Part shown: one piece after another, positions 12,601 through 27,600 of the stretch | Position numbering within the stretch: the first letter of the stretch is position 1 | Layout of the letters: every line of letters begins with the position of its first letter | Assembly: GCF_020745735.1 (NCBI RefSeq) | Contig: NC_083410.1 | Coordinates: 64,950,117-65,014,116, forward strand | From: Hemiscyllium ocellatum | Lineage: Eukaryota | DNA: 64,000 nucleotides | Reading direction: 5' to 3' | Position numbers and translations under genes: made by a program | Notes under the pieces: model-generated | Database searches by the model: none | Told to the model about the DNA's origin: nothing | Seen by the model: only the letters and a program-made list of their open reading frames with translations

Positions 12601-15600
12601 CTACAGTGTGGGCATGTTTCATCTGGCTGTTGCGTATTGTGCTTTCATCTTAGTACTATGTGGAGGTATAACTGGAATAAAATTAAAATGTAAAAACAGT
12701 ATGGGATACCAAAAGCATAATCCTACAATAAATCTATTCAATCCCAACATGCATGAATTTTTGTTCAATCATGATAGTGTGTCTCACTGTCGCATTACTA
12801 ACGTATGGAAAATGAACACTAGCACAATTTTGGGTCGCATGCAAACTCTGAGAAATTGTATGGACACCTTACCTGTTCTTGGCAGGATCAAACTATGCTG
12901 CTGATATGCTGAGTTTTGTCTGTATTGTACATCTGTCTCAGATGTATAATCATCACCTATAGTACACCATTTGAGTATTGATAAAAAACAAACATGCTAC
13001 CAAAGCTTGGGGCATAACAGTTCCTGATGCATACTCCATGGCAACGGCTTATCCAGTGTCTACCTGTCAACTTGTCAACTAATCAACACCTTTTTCTCCA
13101 TTTAAAATATGGAATTCTTGCAATTGTGACAATGACTGCAAGTGCAAAATTTTAATAGTGTTTTTCTTTTTGTCAATAATACTTGTTTATTTTGGTGAAG
13201 CACATTATACATATTAGATAAGTTCAGTCATGGAGCAAGAACAGCAGTTTTTTTTAAAAACATTTGAAACTGTTGACAAAGTGTTAGAAACAATAACTAA
13301 ATGATTCAAACAGAGTGAGAGTTTGCATTCATATGTTCCACTGTGGTGTGGACACTGGAACTTATCACATCATGGAAAGATTGACCAAACCTACAACAAC
13401 CAAACAGGAAGTTAAATTACATGTAGCAAAAATTATTGTTCTTACAGCAAATTGAAATTCACTGGCCCAATACAAATAAAAATTCTCAAATTTTGTAATT
13501 GCATCACAATTGTTTTTAATCTACATTTTATTTCAGAAAATTATGTAGTATCAGTTCTAATCCTATTAAGACTGAAGTTACTTGCCATTAATGTAATATG
13601 AATTGATGTACTGGATAGCTGCTCGACTAACATCAGCTGTTTGGGCCCTTAGAGCAATGCCCCAGAGTTGATCCATTCCGCAAAGCTGTTTTGAAACAAA
13701 GAAACACGTTTTTGTGTATCCACATATCATTAAGCAGTAATACTTTATCAAATTCCATCTGCCATTGTGATTTCACTGTTCATGTGAAAATATTTCATTC
13801 AGCTTATAGACATAGAGTCATACAGTACGGAAAGAGACCCCTTCTGTTGAATCCGTCCATGCCAAACATAATCCCAAGCTAAACTAGTCCCACTTGATCC
13901 ATATCTCTCCAAACATTTCTTATTCATATACTTATCTAAATTACTTTTAAACATTGTAACATCCATCACTTCCTCTGGAAGTTCATTCCATACTGTTGGA
14001 ATATTGCATGCAATTCTGGTCTCCTTCCTATCAGGAGAATGTTGTGAAACTTGAAAGGGTTCAGAAAAGATTTACAAGGATGTTGCCAGGGTTGGAGGAT
14101 TTGAGCTATAGGGAGAGGTTGAATAGGCTGGGGCTGTTTTCCCTGGAGCGTCAGAGGCTGAGGGGTGACCTTATAGAGGTTTACAAAATCATGAGGGCCA
14201 TGGATAGGATAAATAAACAAAGTCTTTTCCCTGGGGTCGGGGAATCCAGATCTAGAGGGCATAGGTTTAGGGTGAGAAGGGAAAGATATAAAAGAGACCT
14301 ACAGGGCAACCTTTTCATACAGAGGGTAGTACATGTATGGAATGAGCTGCCAGAGGAAGTGGTGGAGGCTGGTACAATTGCAACATTTAAAAGGCTGGTT
14401 ATATGAATAGGAAGGGATTGGAGGGGTATGGGCTGGGTGCTGGCAGGTGGGACTAGATTAGGTTGGGATATCTTGTCGGCATGAACGGGTTGGACCGAAG
14501 GGTCTGTTTCTGTGCTGTACATCTCTATGACTCTATAAATACTTCCTCCTCTCATCTTTAAAATATGCCCCCAATCTTGAATTCCCCCATCCTAGGGAAA
14601 AGACACTTGCCTTTCAATTTGTTTGTACTCATTATTTTATAAGCCTGTATAGGGTCACCTCTCAACTTTCTATGCTCCTGTGAAAAAAGTCCCAGCCTAT
14701 CCAGCTTTTTCTTATACCTCAAACCCTCTATTCCCAGCAACATCCTCATAAATCTCTTCTGAACCCTCTCCAGCTTAGTAACATCCTTCCTATAGCAGAG
14801 ACCTGAACTGGTCACAGTACTCCAGAAGAGGCCTCACTAATGCCCTGTACAACTTCAACATGACATCCTACCTCCTATACTAAAGGTCTGAACACTGAGG
14901 CAAGCATGCCAAATGGCTTCTTAACAATCCTATCTATATGTGATGCAAACTTACTAACCATGCCTCCTATATCCTCATACAAATCATTTTTATAAGTGGC
15001 AAACAAAAGTGGACACAGCACTAATCCTTGTTACACTGATGGTCACAGGACTCCAGTCCAAAAAGCAGCTCTCCACTATCACAGTCTCCTGCTTTTAAGC
15101 CAATTTGAATCAGATTGGCAAACTAACCCTGAATGTCATGTGCTCTAACTTTAGAAATTAGTCCACCAGGTGGGATCTTGTCAAAGGCTTCACTAAAGTC
15201 CAAGTAAACAATGTCTACACTCTGCCCTAGTCAATCTTCTTGGTTACTAGCTCAAAAAAGTTCAAGTTGGTCAGATTTGAGTTGAAAGGTTATAGAATTA
15301 TATAACTGCAACCCCTTCCCCATTATCAGATTATGAAAAGATGCACTGATTGTGGGCCTATATCTGTAATGCTCAACCAATAGGCAGGAAAGCAAAAGCA
15401 ACCTTAGGTGCAAGGTTCATACATAACTTGAGTTTAACATATCAATATAAATAAATGAGAGTTGGTGTAAACCAAACAGCTTTTGATAATCTCCACCGTT
15501 CAGTAAATACCTGATATCGACCTCACTTCTACTTCCCTGTCTGGATCCAGTTCAGAGAGAAAAAAATATATCGCATTTCTCATGACCACCGGGTGTCTCA

Positions 15601-18600
15601 AAGCACTTTGTAGTCAATGAGATATTTTTGGAAGTGTACTTGCTTTTGTGGTTTAGGAAACAAGGCAGTGAATTGCACGCAATGTGATATTAACCAAAGA
15701 ATGTCTGTATTTCTGTGACGTTACTGAGGGGCACATATTAGCCAGGAAGCAGAGGATAACTTCTCTCCTCTTCCCACCCAAACTGGGCAACACTAAACCA
15801 GTGCTACTTGATAGTGTTGATGACACCTTCCACTAGATTGACTAAGTAAAGATAGTAAAAAGGAGGAAGGTTTTAATGTTAAAGAGAGTAATAAGCATAC
15901 AATTCGGCAGATTTGCGATAAAAATTTCAAAAGTAATGTGGAACACTATGGGTCTAGCAAAAATGAGGAACTTGACAAAATTATCAATAATGAAATAGCA
16001 CTGGAGAACTTAATTTAGTAAAGTTAATGTTCTCTTCAAAATGTTGTTGTGTCCACTGAATTTTTTTTCCAAGAAAACTTGTGTCACCTTACACAAGTGT
16101 TATTTCTCAGAGCACAAAGCGGTGTAGCATCTATGTCGCCATGTGACACAAAAGGAGAACTATGCCAACACTGCCTGCTCCGATGTCTACATCCTCAGAG
16201 ATGACTATAAAGACAGTGAAGACATTTGCTTTTGATCTTTCAAAATTCTTTATACTCTAGAACATATTCTGCAAATTGAGAGGTAGCAAATTTAACCCTG
16301 TTATTCAAGAAAGGACAGAATCAGAAGTAAGTGGAAACTATTGGACAATTAGCTAACACATTCAGAGGCAAAATGCTAGAATCCTTTATTCGAGCTGCCC
16401 TGACATATACGATTAGGCACTATTTACGGAATTATAAAGCAAAATCGCATTTAATTCTGATGTAGTAACTAGTCAGCAGTGACCGAAAGACCAAAAAGGT
16501 CTGAATTCTCTTATGTAACTGCAGCACTTGGTTTTAATCTGTGATGAAATGCAAATCCTTCTAAGGCACCTCAAAGTAATGGAATTTTTAATCTTCAAAT
16601 GGGTGGAAACATTTTTTTCCTTGTTTTCCTTCTACTGTGGAAGAATGTGGAACAATGTATTAGCATAAAGTCAAAGTACCCTCAGTATTTTAACATTCAA
16701 TGCAGTTCATGCATGTAATTCAGATTGAAATACATTCTAAACAACAGAACACTACCTTCTAGTTTATTTACATGGAAAAATGAAGCAAAGGACTATGGCA
16801 GTACTTTGCAAACTACTTTCTAACGTGACCCCACTTTAAGATCTTATCACTAGCTCGAGGGCAATTAGGAACAGGCAACAAATGATGATCTTAATAGTGA
16901 TACCCACATTCCATGAGTGAATACACATTGTAAAATAACCTGGAAACTAAAGTGACCTGAGACATCAGCAAAAACAGAACTCATGTTATGCCTTCATGTA
17001 TATTTTAGCCACACTGTTCTTATTTCCTCGTGGCAGAAGACTTAGTGAAGCCTCTCTCCAGAGGCATAAACACCAATCTACAAACACACAGCTCGTGGCA
17101 AACCGTACCCTGCCAGCCATCCACTCAGCAGCTCCTCATCCCAAACTCATAACTCCCAAATTAGAAGTTGACCACATTCCTAAATACCAATCCAATTCAC
17201 CTACCCATCCCCCAATTTCCAACTATAACCCAGACAGTCACATTCTACTGTCAGTCCTCTCCTGAGGATCTGCAACTTAAATAGAGGCGGAGGTAATTAG
17301 TTGTTGTCAGGAACAACCATTTAATACATACTTTTAATAACTTAGGTGGCAATAAAATGACTACTTGATGCAAATAACACATCAAAATGGATTCTAGGCT
17401 GCAAATTGACAATTCTGCTTAAAGCTGTGTAAAAATCGCTTTTAACCCTGCTAAAGCCTAAATTGACTTGACCACAGTCTGTGTGTAGGTTTGCTCACTG
17501 ACCTGGAAGGTTCACTTTCAGACGTTTTGTCATCATCCTAGATAACATCTTCAGTGAGCACCTGGACGAAGCACTGCTTGCGTTTCCAAGTCAATGTGCT
17601 TGTTGATAGAGTTCCAGTTAGAACGCTATGCGTCTAGGAATTTGCATGCGTGTCTCTGTTTGGCTTGGCCAAGGATGGATGTGTTGTCCCAGTCGATTGG
17701 AACAACACATCCATCCTCGGACAAGCCAAACAGAGACATGCACAGGAATTCCTAGAAGCATGGCATTCCAACTGGAACTCTATCAACAAGCACATTGACT
17801 TGGACCCCATTTACCACCCATGGAAAAAGAAAACAGGAAAATACTTCACCACAGGAAATGACATCACCAATCCAAGGAAACACAAACATAAATAGAAAGC
17901 AGGAAACACTAGCAGTGTTTCAGAGGCTCACTGAAGATGTTGCCTGGTATGGTGACAAAATGTCTGAAAATGAAGCTTCCAACTCAGTGAGCAAACCTAT
18001 ACCCAGAACCTCAATCTGAGCTACAAATCTCAAAACTCATTGATCACAGTCTGTCTCAACAAAGATTAGCAGGCAATGCTTCCTTTACAACATAGAAATA
18101 ACTAGACTAGATAAGATACTACTGGCCATCCTAACGGATCTTCAAATCAGGTGCAAAAACTCAGTTTATGAGATAAGAACTGCTTAAGTTTTGGAAAACA
18201 AAGTTGGTCCCCGGGAGATATTTTTGGGTTGAGTAGCTGTCAATTATACCATGCCGTTAATTAATTAGTAATCACATACGATTATGGCCTGTACCTCTCT
18301 CAGAAAATAATGAAAATGGCTTTGTTTTAAACCATGTGCGCAGTTCCTCTGAGGAACACTGAAGTGTTTAACCTCTGTTTCTGGATGATCTGTGCGCAGC
18401 CGTGAGTAATAAAGTGTGAAGTCTTACAAAACCAAACCAATTGCTAGTGTTCATTGACTGATTGTGGAAGAAAGAGATTCTCCCCAGTATCCAGATGTTC
18501 ACCCCCACTTTTGCTCTATCCCAGTTTGCTTGAGCACACCCTTCCACTGGGATAAGTTATAGCAGCCTGCGCCAAACAAACAGAAATCGAAGAATTCTGC

Positions 18601-21600
18601 TCCCAGCCTTGATAATGGCCATGAATTCCCAGCTGTGATTCTCTTTCGGGTTTGGCCACACTGGTGGTGTCAGCTGGCAGGGAGAGGTGGAGATAAGAGT
18701 GGAACTTAATTACCCAATAGTTGAAATCTTCCAAATGAAATTTTACATCCCTGTGAGTCGAATGGATAAAGGGAAGCCACTGCATATTGCACATTTCAAA
18801 TACATTCAATAAGCATCACACAAAGTCATTACAAGTTAGAAATCACATGACCAATTAGTATAGACTGAGGGTTAGCCAATGGATAGAAAATGGGAGAAAA
18901 TAAACAGTTAATTTTCTGGCTGATTGGCTGCAATTACTGCTGTTCAGCAAGGATCAGTGATTGGACTCAGCTATTTACATTTTTTTTCAATGACTTGGTG
19001 AGAGGGCTGAGTGCACCATTTTCAAGTTTGACGATGATACTACATAATGGTGAGAAAGTAAGTTGAAGAGGATGCATAGAGACTGAAGGGACATAATTTT
19101 GTTCTAAATCTTCAAGTCTAAAACCAAATAGTCACATGGGTCAACGTAGATTAATTAAGCAAAGTAAATGTGAATTTGTTATAGGCAAATCTGCCTAAAC
19201 AACTTTGGGGTTTTTTTTGACAGATTTGACTGATAAAGGCAATGCCACTTATGTGGTGTACATGGACATCCAAAAGACATTTGGGAAAGTACCATATAAC
19301 AGACATGTGAACAAAGTTAAAGCGCACGCAATAGAAGGCACATTAGCAATTTGGATACAAAACTGGCTGCCTGACAGGAAACAAAATAGTTTTGAACTGT
19401 CGTTTTACAGACTGGAAAAGATGTGTGTGTCAAGTATTATTATGGTGCAGACAGGCAACCATTTTACATTCTAATTCCTTTGTCCCAGTGCTTACTGGAT
19501 TTATACGATCTCTGCACAGAAATTTCTCCACTATAAAAACTTTTACTTTTTTCTCACCTCAGAACTCGAGCCACCATCATAAGCACTGGTTGCAAGCCGG
19601 GCCAAATTGCATAAATGCTGGAATAGATTTAAACCAGTCATGCTGATAGTTTCTGGTTTTAACTGCGGCATCTGAAGTATATAATGCATAATTTGATAGA
19701 ATGAGAAAAGAGTGAAACTGGCATCTATTTAAGGCTACTGGGAGATAAGACTAAAATTAATTAGTCATAATAAATTCATAATACATCTCACACTGTCTAG
19801 ATATTTACTGTAGATTAACTTCATCCATTATATACAGATCTATTTGCATAAAGAAAAGTTTGCAGTCATCTTCTTAGATTTGAATTTACAATAAAATTAC
19901 TATCCAAAGGATTTAAACTTTGTCCTTGTCACTGCCAAAAGGAAAACCTGCCTACCTTCCAGACTGTGCAAAGGCAGTCCTTTTAACATTTATTCTTGGC
20001 TAAAATTATTACATTTCTAGGCAAACAACAAAACTAGGACAGTTATGTCAAAATTGTCAAAGTATTGCAAAGTTTCACTAACCTTTTCTAAAAAAAGATG
20101 CTTATATGTTTCCATTCCCATTGCATGTTGGTCTTTACTGCGCACTTGGTTAAGGAACCAGTGCAACGCATCATCGTAACATTCAGGGTCCTCCACAAGG
20201 CAATGCCATAAAATATCCACCTGATCAAGACTTAACCCTAAAGTAAATACAACAGCTGTTACAACTGAAGGTTTCTGGGCAGAGAACAGAAAAATACAAA
20301 CTTTAAATCCAAACTCTGAATAGAAAGGGCAAGATTTGGAATGTTGAAAAATCAGAAAATAAACAACGGCAAAGTGGCAAGCCACCATCCAAAATGGACA
20401 TTAATAAAAAAAAAATCAGTATTTTTGGAAAAGTTGATGTTCAATACACAAGCACCACTGTTGATATAAAAACATTATGAATGGTTGACTTACAGGAGTT
20501 TGTTTGTACGGTTTAAAAAAATTTACACAATCTGCTGGGGGGGGTATGCAATGTTACAACTTTCACATCCAGTGATGACATCAAGCATTTTCTGCCTAAC
20601 TACAGATATAAGTTAGAGTTCCTTCAACTCTGCCAATAATTATGAATTAACTCCAATAAACATGTTATTTCTACACTGGAGTCTCTGAAGATGTAAGCTA
20701 ATTAATACCAAACTATGGCTTATCAGTGCTGTGAAAAAGTTCTCCTAAAAAATACAATTACAGTTACAAAATCCAGATTCCTGCCCAGATGTGTAGACTT
20801 TGTGGGTAACCAGCTCCTTTTTAGAGTTACATATTAATGGTAGATAAAGGTCTGGCAGTTTAACTTGCTAAGATAAATGAGGCACAGCCGAGGACCTAAT
20901 CTTCTACATGATCGGAGCCTAAATTCATAACTGTCCACCATACAATGAGGCTTCCTCTCAAGCGGACTCAAAATCAGGAGTTCAAATATTTCCAATATGT
21001 TTGTACAAGGAGATTAAAATCCAAAATGTTATATTTCAGAGTAGATAACTCAGCGTATCTTTTAAAAATATGGTCATAACTAGATGTTTAGGTTCTGCAT
21101 TTGTTGTTGAGGATGAAAATAAACAGCAACTGTGTTGTGTGAGATTCAAAGTAGTTAAAGAATGCTTGAAAAGGGTCAGATCATCAAACCCTGAACTATA
21201 TTCAATATTTGATTCATAACTGTCCTAGAATCCTAAATGACTGATTCTGTGGTCAAAGTTTATTTTCAACAAATTCAAGAACCAAGCTTTGCTAAGTCAA
21301 CATAAAATGAATAGAACCATGGTCATCCTTGCTTCATGATCATGGAAATAACAAAAGGATAGTACAGGAAATAATTTTACTCAAATGTTTTACCTCAAAT
21401 GTCAAACTTGAGCAGCAATTTATTCTCAAAATATTAGCAGAAAATCACTGAGCTATTTAATGAGTCAATACATTAATTCTCACAGCTGGATCATCAGCCA
21501 GTTCACAAACCTTTTTATGACATACTTATATCTCTGATTAATAAGAAAACAATTAAGTTTTGACAACTTGGATACCATACTTTGAAATGTAGGAAACTAG

Positions 21601-24600
21601 AACTTGCCACTCCCAATTTATTTATGTATCCCATTGCACTGCATTTATTCAAACACTTGTTTGTTTAAAATTGCTTTTTAAAGAACACAAGTTCCCAAAC
21701 TATACAAAGGCCAAACTGTGTTTATCTGACATGACTTCTTTATCACACACCTAAGCATCATGCTCCCATTAGCTTGGTTGAGCTGAGCTTATCCAAATGA
21801 TGCATTCTTGGTTCCTCTGGTCGGTGCTGGTTACATTTTACATTGCACAATGTTGGCAGAATTTTAAAACACCACCACCAACAACACCACAACAAAATAG
21901 GTGACAGACATTCTATGTAATGTCAAGGCAAAATGCCTTGTCCAATCAAAGTTAACTTGGCAGTCAACTGTCAGTTATCATTAACTGGTGCATTCTCCAT
22001 CTCTACCTGAGTTCACTTGCCAATTAATCAGCACTCTCCTTTCACAGAGTATAAATAATACTGTTTCCCTTTACACTGATATTTCTTGTGAATTGCCCTG
22101 AATAGTTCAAGAATAGCTTTGATAAAAACAGCTTCTTTTCTTCCATTAACGATCAAGTTCTGTACTACCAAATAACAAAAATATTGCAGCAAATAAAGAC
22201 TTACTAAAATGATCGGGAGATCCTAGAGTTGAAAAAACACATGTCAGAAACTGTAGACGAACCTGCACTTCTGCGCCATGGCTGTACCTGTATTAAAATC
22301 GTTATGTGCAGAGTTAATGCTGGGAAATTGGAAGGAAAATGCTGATTTTGTTTATCTTTTTTTTAAGATTTCTATATTCAAGGCTTTGCAGACATTCTGG
22401 AATGATAGCATTCAGTAATTTTAATTCAGTACTCCACATGCAAAATACATAATAACATCATAATATATGTTATATCAGATGAACATTTCGACAAATGATG
22501 ATTTACTTCGTGATTTTATTCATTCACACATTGTCAGGCTCCCAAGTATTAACAATGCATAATTCAGAAAACACCAGCTTCTTGAGACATAATCAGGTAG
22601 ATTGACATACACTTCCATTGACATTCATAGATGCTCTGGAAATTCAGTCTTGAAAAATCAGAATATGGGTTTTGAGTGAACTGGGATGTGAAGGGGACAT
22701 TACATCTGATGCTTGGCTCATTTATTTACGGTTTTTAAAAAAATCCCAAACAGTACACTATGGAAAAACAAAACATTAATTGGAGAAATATTAAGTGAGG
22801 ACTGCCTGTCAAAAAAAATAAATCCATGAAAACCAACTTTCAGCAGATAAGAAACACAATACTGTATATTACATAGTGTAGTACATTCAAACACAAATCC
22901 TATTTTATCAAACTCAATATAAACTTCATCTTAATTTCCTTTTCAAATCTGTTCGGTTTTTTCTCTTTAAAAGAATTTTGAGAACCCAATAGACTCTATA
23001 CAGACCTAAAAAGCATTTTAAGATATACTAACGTATCCTGGAAACTGTGCACAGTGCCCATTCTCACCTGAAACTATATACTGCAACCTAATAAGATCCA
23101 TTATTTCAAAACAAAAAAGAATGACATGCTTTATACTACACAGCATCAATCATTTAAGTTCAATGATGAGGGAAGAAAGAGGCACTTCATGACTGCTCAT
23201 TACAAATTTGGCAAAAATGGAGAACTAGTCACTGTTCACAACACAATTTGAATATTGAAAATTTCAATTCAGAAGGCTAAATGGACGAACATTACAGCAA
23301 TGTGCAATGCTGGTTCCAAACTTCCTCCACTTAAAAGAAACAAGCAATGTAATAAAACTGAATGGCCCTCCCAGTTTGTTGCTTTGGTGATACAATAAAA
23401 TGGATGAATGCCCAGTTTTCCTAAAAACTGGATCTATTGCTTAGTTAATGCTGGGTTTTACTACAGAAATCCCATTTTGCAGCCTGAAATTAACCAATAA
23501 CTTAACTTAAAAATAGAACATTTTTGCAGCCTCAGGAAGAATCGTTTAGGCACTTAATCTGGATTGCAGATCCATGTACAGGTGGTGGTAAATGTCATGT
23601 GTTATGGATCAGATCAAATCCCCTCAAAATATATTAAAAAGATACTTTAGACTTTAATTTGTTTTTCTTATAAAAGGTAAATGTACAGCCTTTTGTTCCA
23701 GATGCAACCACACCGTTTCTCACTGTCCCCATAGCCAGAAATTAACCTGTCTGCCTGTGAGGCAAAATTCCAACAGATATAGATTCCACCCCAATATGTG
23801 CAATCAATCTGATTTCCTCATTATTATCATGCCTCAAAAGCACAAAACATAGCAAAGAAATATGAAGACATGATATATAAAACATCCATTTAGGGTACAA
23901 GGCGTTTCACTGCCTCCATTCAATTTATCTACAATGGCCAAACAAAATTATACATTAAACTTAAAATACATCCTTCAGAAAGGTGAATGTGTCTTGACAC
24001 AAGAATTATTGTTTACATTCTCTAAGAACATTCCTTCAGTATACAATTACAAATCACGCAAAATCCTTGTTATCTAAAAGGGATAGGAGCATGGAGTTCC
24101 TACGGACAGCACAAAAACATGGACAGTGCTATAATAGGAATTCTCTATCTACCACAAAGGACTGCGATGTCAGGACCTGTAAAGTGGGAAAAAATATCGG
24201 GTCTGTGACCAAGCACGCTAGTATGCAGATCCACGAATAGCAAATTAAAGTATCATAAGAAATGAGTGTACTTTTGATATACCTTACATTTGGAGAATAC
24301 GTTTAAATTAATCTTGCATCTAAGAATTGGAATTTTAAATAGTTTGAGAACTTAGTACTTCTGTAAAATTAATCTCTGAAGAAGTGAAATGCACAACTTA
24401 TACTTCTTTGAAACTTCGAAAAATAACTGTTCAATTTACTTAGTTTAACACTTGACTGTATGCGTTTTAACACAGATTAAATTAATCAAATGCTGAAATC
24501 GATGTTAATGTTCAAAAATATTCAAAAAGATGATTAACAGACATACTTACAACAAATGTTTATGGACTCCTTCTCTAACTGCTTGAATGTAGTGTATTAG

Positions 24601-27600
24601 ATTGTCAAAGAAAAGTTTCATCATGCTTAGTTCCTTTTCTGCCCACCTATATAATAAAAAATTGATCTTTCATGACATCATATATTCATTATCCACAAGT
24701 GGATGGTAATTTTATTTCTACTGCGGTGTGTATTACACTATGACTATTTGAGACAAGTTAGCATATCTTCTACTCCTATCAATAATTAATTTTACAAATA
24801 TACATCTATAAAGCCTTTATCTAACACTCCACAAACTTACGTGAACTGCAAACAACTTGGTTCTTCTGTCCCTAACACCATTCATTTCCATCTACTTACA
24901 ATGTAGAACCTTTTACTTACATCATTATAAAATACAATTGTCTTCATCTGAGTCAGCTGCAAATCACCTTTGATCACCATCTTCTAGCACCAGCTCACTT
25001 ATCTGTCCTATGTTACTAAAATGCTATTTTATTGTAGATGTCTGTTCAGATTTTTTTGATTGTAATACACATTAAAACAAAATATGAAATTTACTACCTC
25101 ACCCTCACAAAAAATGCACTTCAAACTTCTTGTGATTTGTCTGACTGACTCTACATGAAATATTGTTATTGCACAGAGCATAGAGAAACTCCAAAAGGTG
25201 GAGAATGAACAGAAATTTTCAATATGCATAGATATACACCATGTAAAAAAAAACAAAAATAGTTACTTCAGTTAATTACCATTTTTTCCCCGTACCTTTA
25301 GTGTTAATACACTGCCCTTAACAATTGGTTATTAATTGGAAACATAAATGGTGCATAAAGGGAAAAGTTACATGGGTGTTTTTTTGTTTGGGGGGGGAGA
25401 AGCATAGAGGCTGAGCTGCTACGTATATTCAAGGCTGGCTCAGGCTTATGGGAAAAACACAGGAAAGTGGAGTTGAAAACCATGAAATCAGCCAGGATCT
25501 CAAATGAATGATGGAGCAGACTCTTTGGACTGAACGGTCTACTTCTACTCCTATAATCTTTTGGTGTGATACACATGCCACATTTTGGAAATGTGACAAC
25601 TCAGATGCCACATATGCTTTTTTTAAAAAAAAAGGTTGTGAAGTGATATAACACTGAATAGATATGAAACTTTATAATAATATCGATAGACTCCTGCAAC
25701 CAACAAACCTTGCGTATCTGGCCTTATGTAAAAACCATCAATCCCTTTAAATTCCTCCTTACTCCCTCTTGTGGCCTGTGCCCCCAGCCCCTTAACCCAA
25801 CCCCAGCAAACTTCAACACCAACATCTTCACTTGCAGGCTGCTCTGCCAAATTCCAAGCTTCTTGCAGCTTCTTCATTCAGGCTCCAAAACATTCACACA
25901 CTCCAATTTCAGCTCCCAATCATCTTGCAGCCTCTGTCTCCACATCACACCATAACTCCCAGCAAAATAACTGGCCACATCCCTTGGAAAAAGGCAGTAG
26001 CCACGAGTGTCAGAAAAGACCTCAGCATTTAACAAAAAGCAGTCTGGTCCTTCCAGCAACTCCTTCACTTCTACATCTTCCTAACCGCTCAGATTATAGC
26101 CTTTGGATACATCATTAAAAGCAAAATGTTCTCATGGTTCAAAGTGTTGTAAAAGCACCACTGAAATCTAGCAGGAAACATTTTTCTTTGCCAACATTAA
26201 AAACCCTTGCTAGATTTCTGAACAGATATCAACATAAGTGGGAGATGTATCAAGATGTTATGTAAATATAAAAAATGTCTTCTTTATATTAGCAATTTGT
26301 AAGTAAACTGGAGGATTTAACTTGAAAAATTGCAATGTATTGTACAATTGTGGGTTACTTACATAGTTATCCAATGCGTATCATAACTGCTCCCAAATTG
26401 TTGAAAAGTGCCAAATAGTTTTGGCAAAAGACGAAGTGAAACTACCACAGATCTAAATAAAGATAATTGGACATGATTAATATTAAATAATTATTTAATT
26501 TTGGATGTCAAATAATCATACTGAGCAAATTTTCTTTAAACCATACCAAAATATCTTGTAAGAACAATTTCTAAAGTTATCAATTTTATTACATTTTCAT
26601 TCTAAATTTGTGACATATGATTACCTAGTTTTAATTTCAATCATGTAAGTGATGACATCTTAAAAATCATGTACTCACTATATATTTAGAATGAACAGTA
26701 TATCAACTTCATCGTGTACTGGGAAATATCATAACTTTTATTTCTTACCTATCATTTGCCAGATTTTCTAAACAACCTTCAATAAATCTCATTCTAATCT
26801 GCCGATCAGTAAACCAGCATACAAGGGAGCACAGCAGTTTCTCAGCTTCATTTATCAACCCCTCTGAGAGATGAACCTACACAGACAAACAGAAAGTAAC
26901 CAAAAGCACTCCATTCAAACAATTCCAAATTGTTATTATGAAGATAAACATACCGCATCTTCATCTTGCACCAGGTCCCAAAGAAGAGTGTTACCCTTTT
27001 TGCAAACATTATCTAAATTGATGTCTGTGACTGCATTTGAGTTGTATTGATGCTTATGAACACTAGGAGCTGAGGAAAGAAGGTACAATATTCAAGTAGT
27101 AAAATAAAATGCATACTCAGGAATAGAGAAATTATTTACTTAAGACTCAACAATTTTCCTCCTGCATTTACAATTCTCTACATTTTTCTAATGATCCAAA
27201 TGCAATGTATAAAAGGCAGTTTTCCAAATCTTTCACAGCGTATGTAGTTTTGCCTAACTTCCTCATGATCACACTTTTTCTTCCCCAACATTTTCATTAC
27301 AGTCTGGAACAGTACGACAAGAATTATGTACACCAACAGATCATCAAGTAATATTAATTACCTAAACAAGGTCAACTGATGTGTTCTTAATTAATTCCAG
27401 TATCACATAAGTAATAAATGCAAAAAATAAAATCATAACAGTTACTGCAGTATAATTCCAGTTACAGTTTTCATCAAATGTCTTTCTAAACTTTAGAGAA
27501 TAATCTCCCCACTAACATAGTGCTATATTAGTGTTAAGTTATTTAACTTCATATACCAGCCAATACGCAGAAGTCCTGAAAGGAAAATTTTCATTCAAAT

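Noticed and set aside
18240-18460. Possible conserved non-coding element (TAATTA-rich, small GTTCCTC/GAGGAAC inverted repeat); similar impression at 60720-60850
   Set aside because: Conservation cannot be judged without alignments
21900-22180. Old dispersed repeat (related pieces near 9950-10290 and 12960-13190) with a possible hammerhead remnant near 22095
   Set aside because: Too decayed to show the core motif; cannot be supported without a consensus
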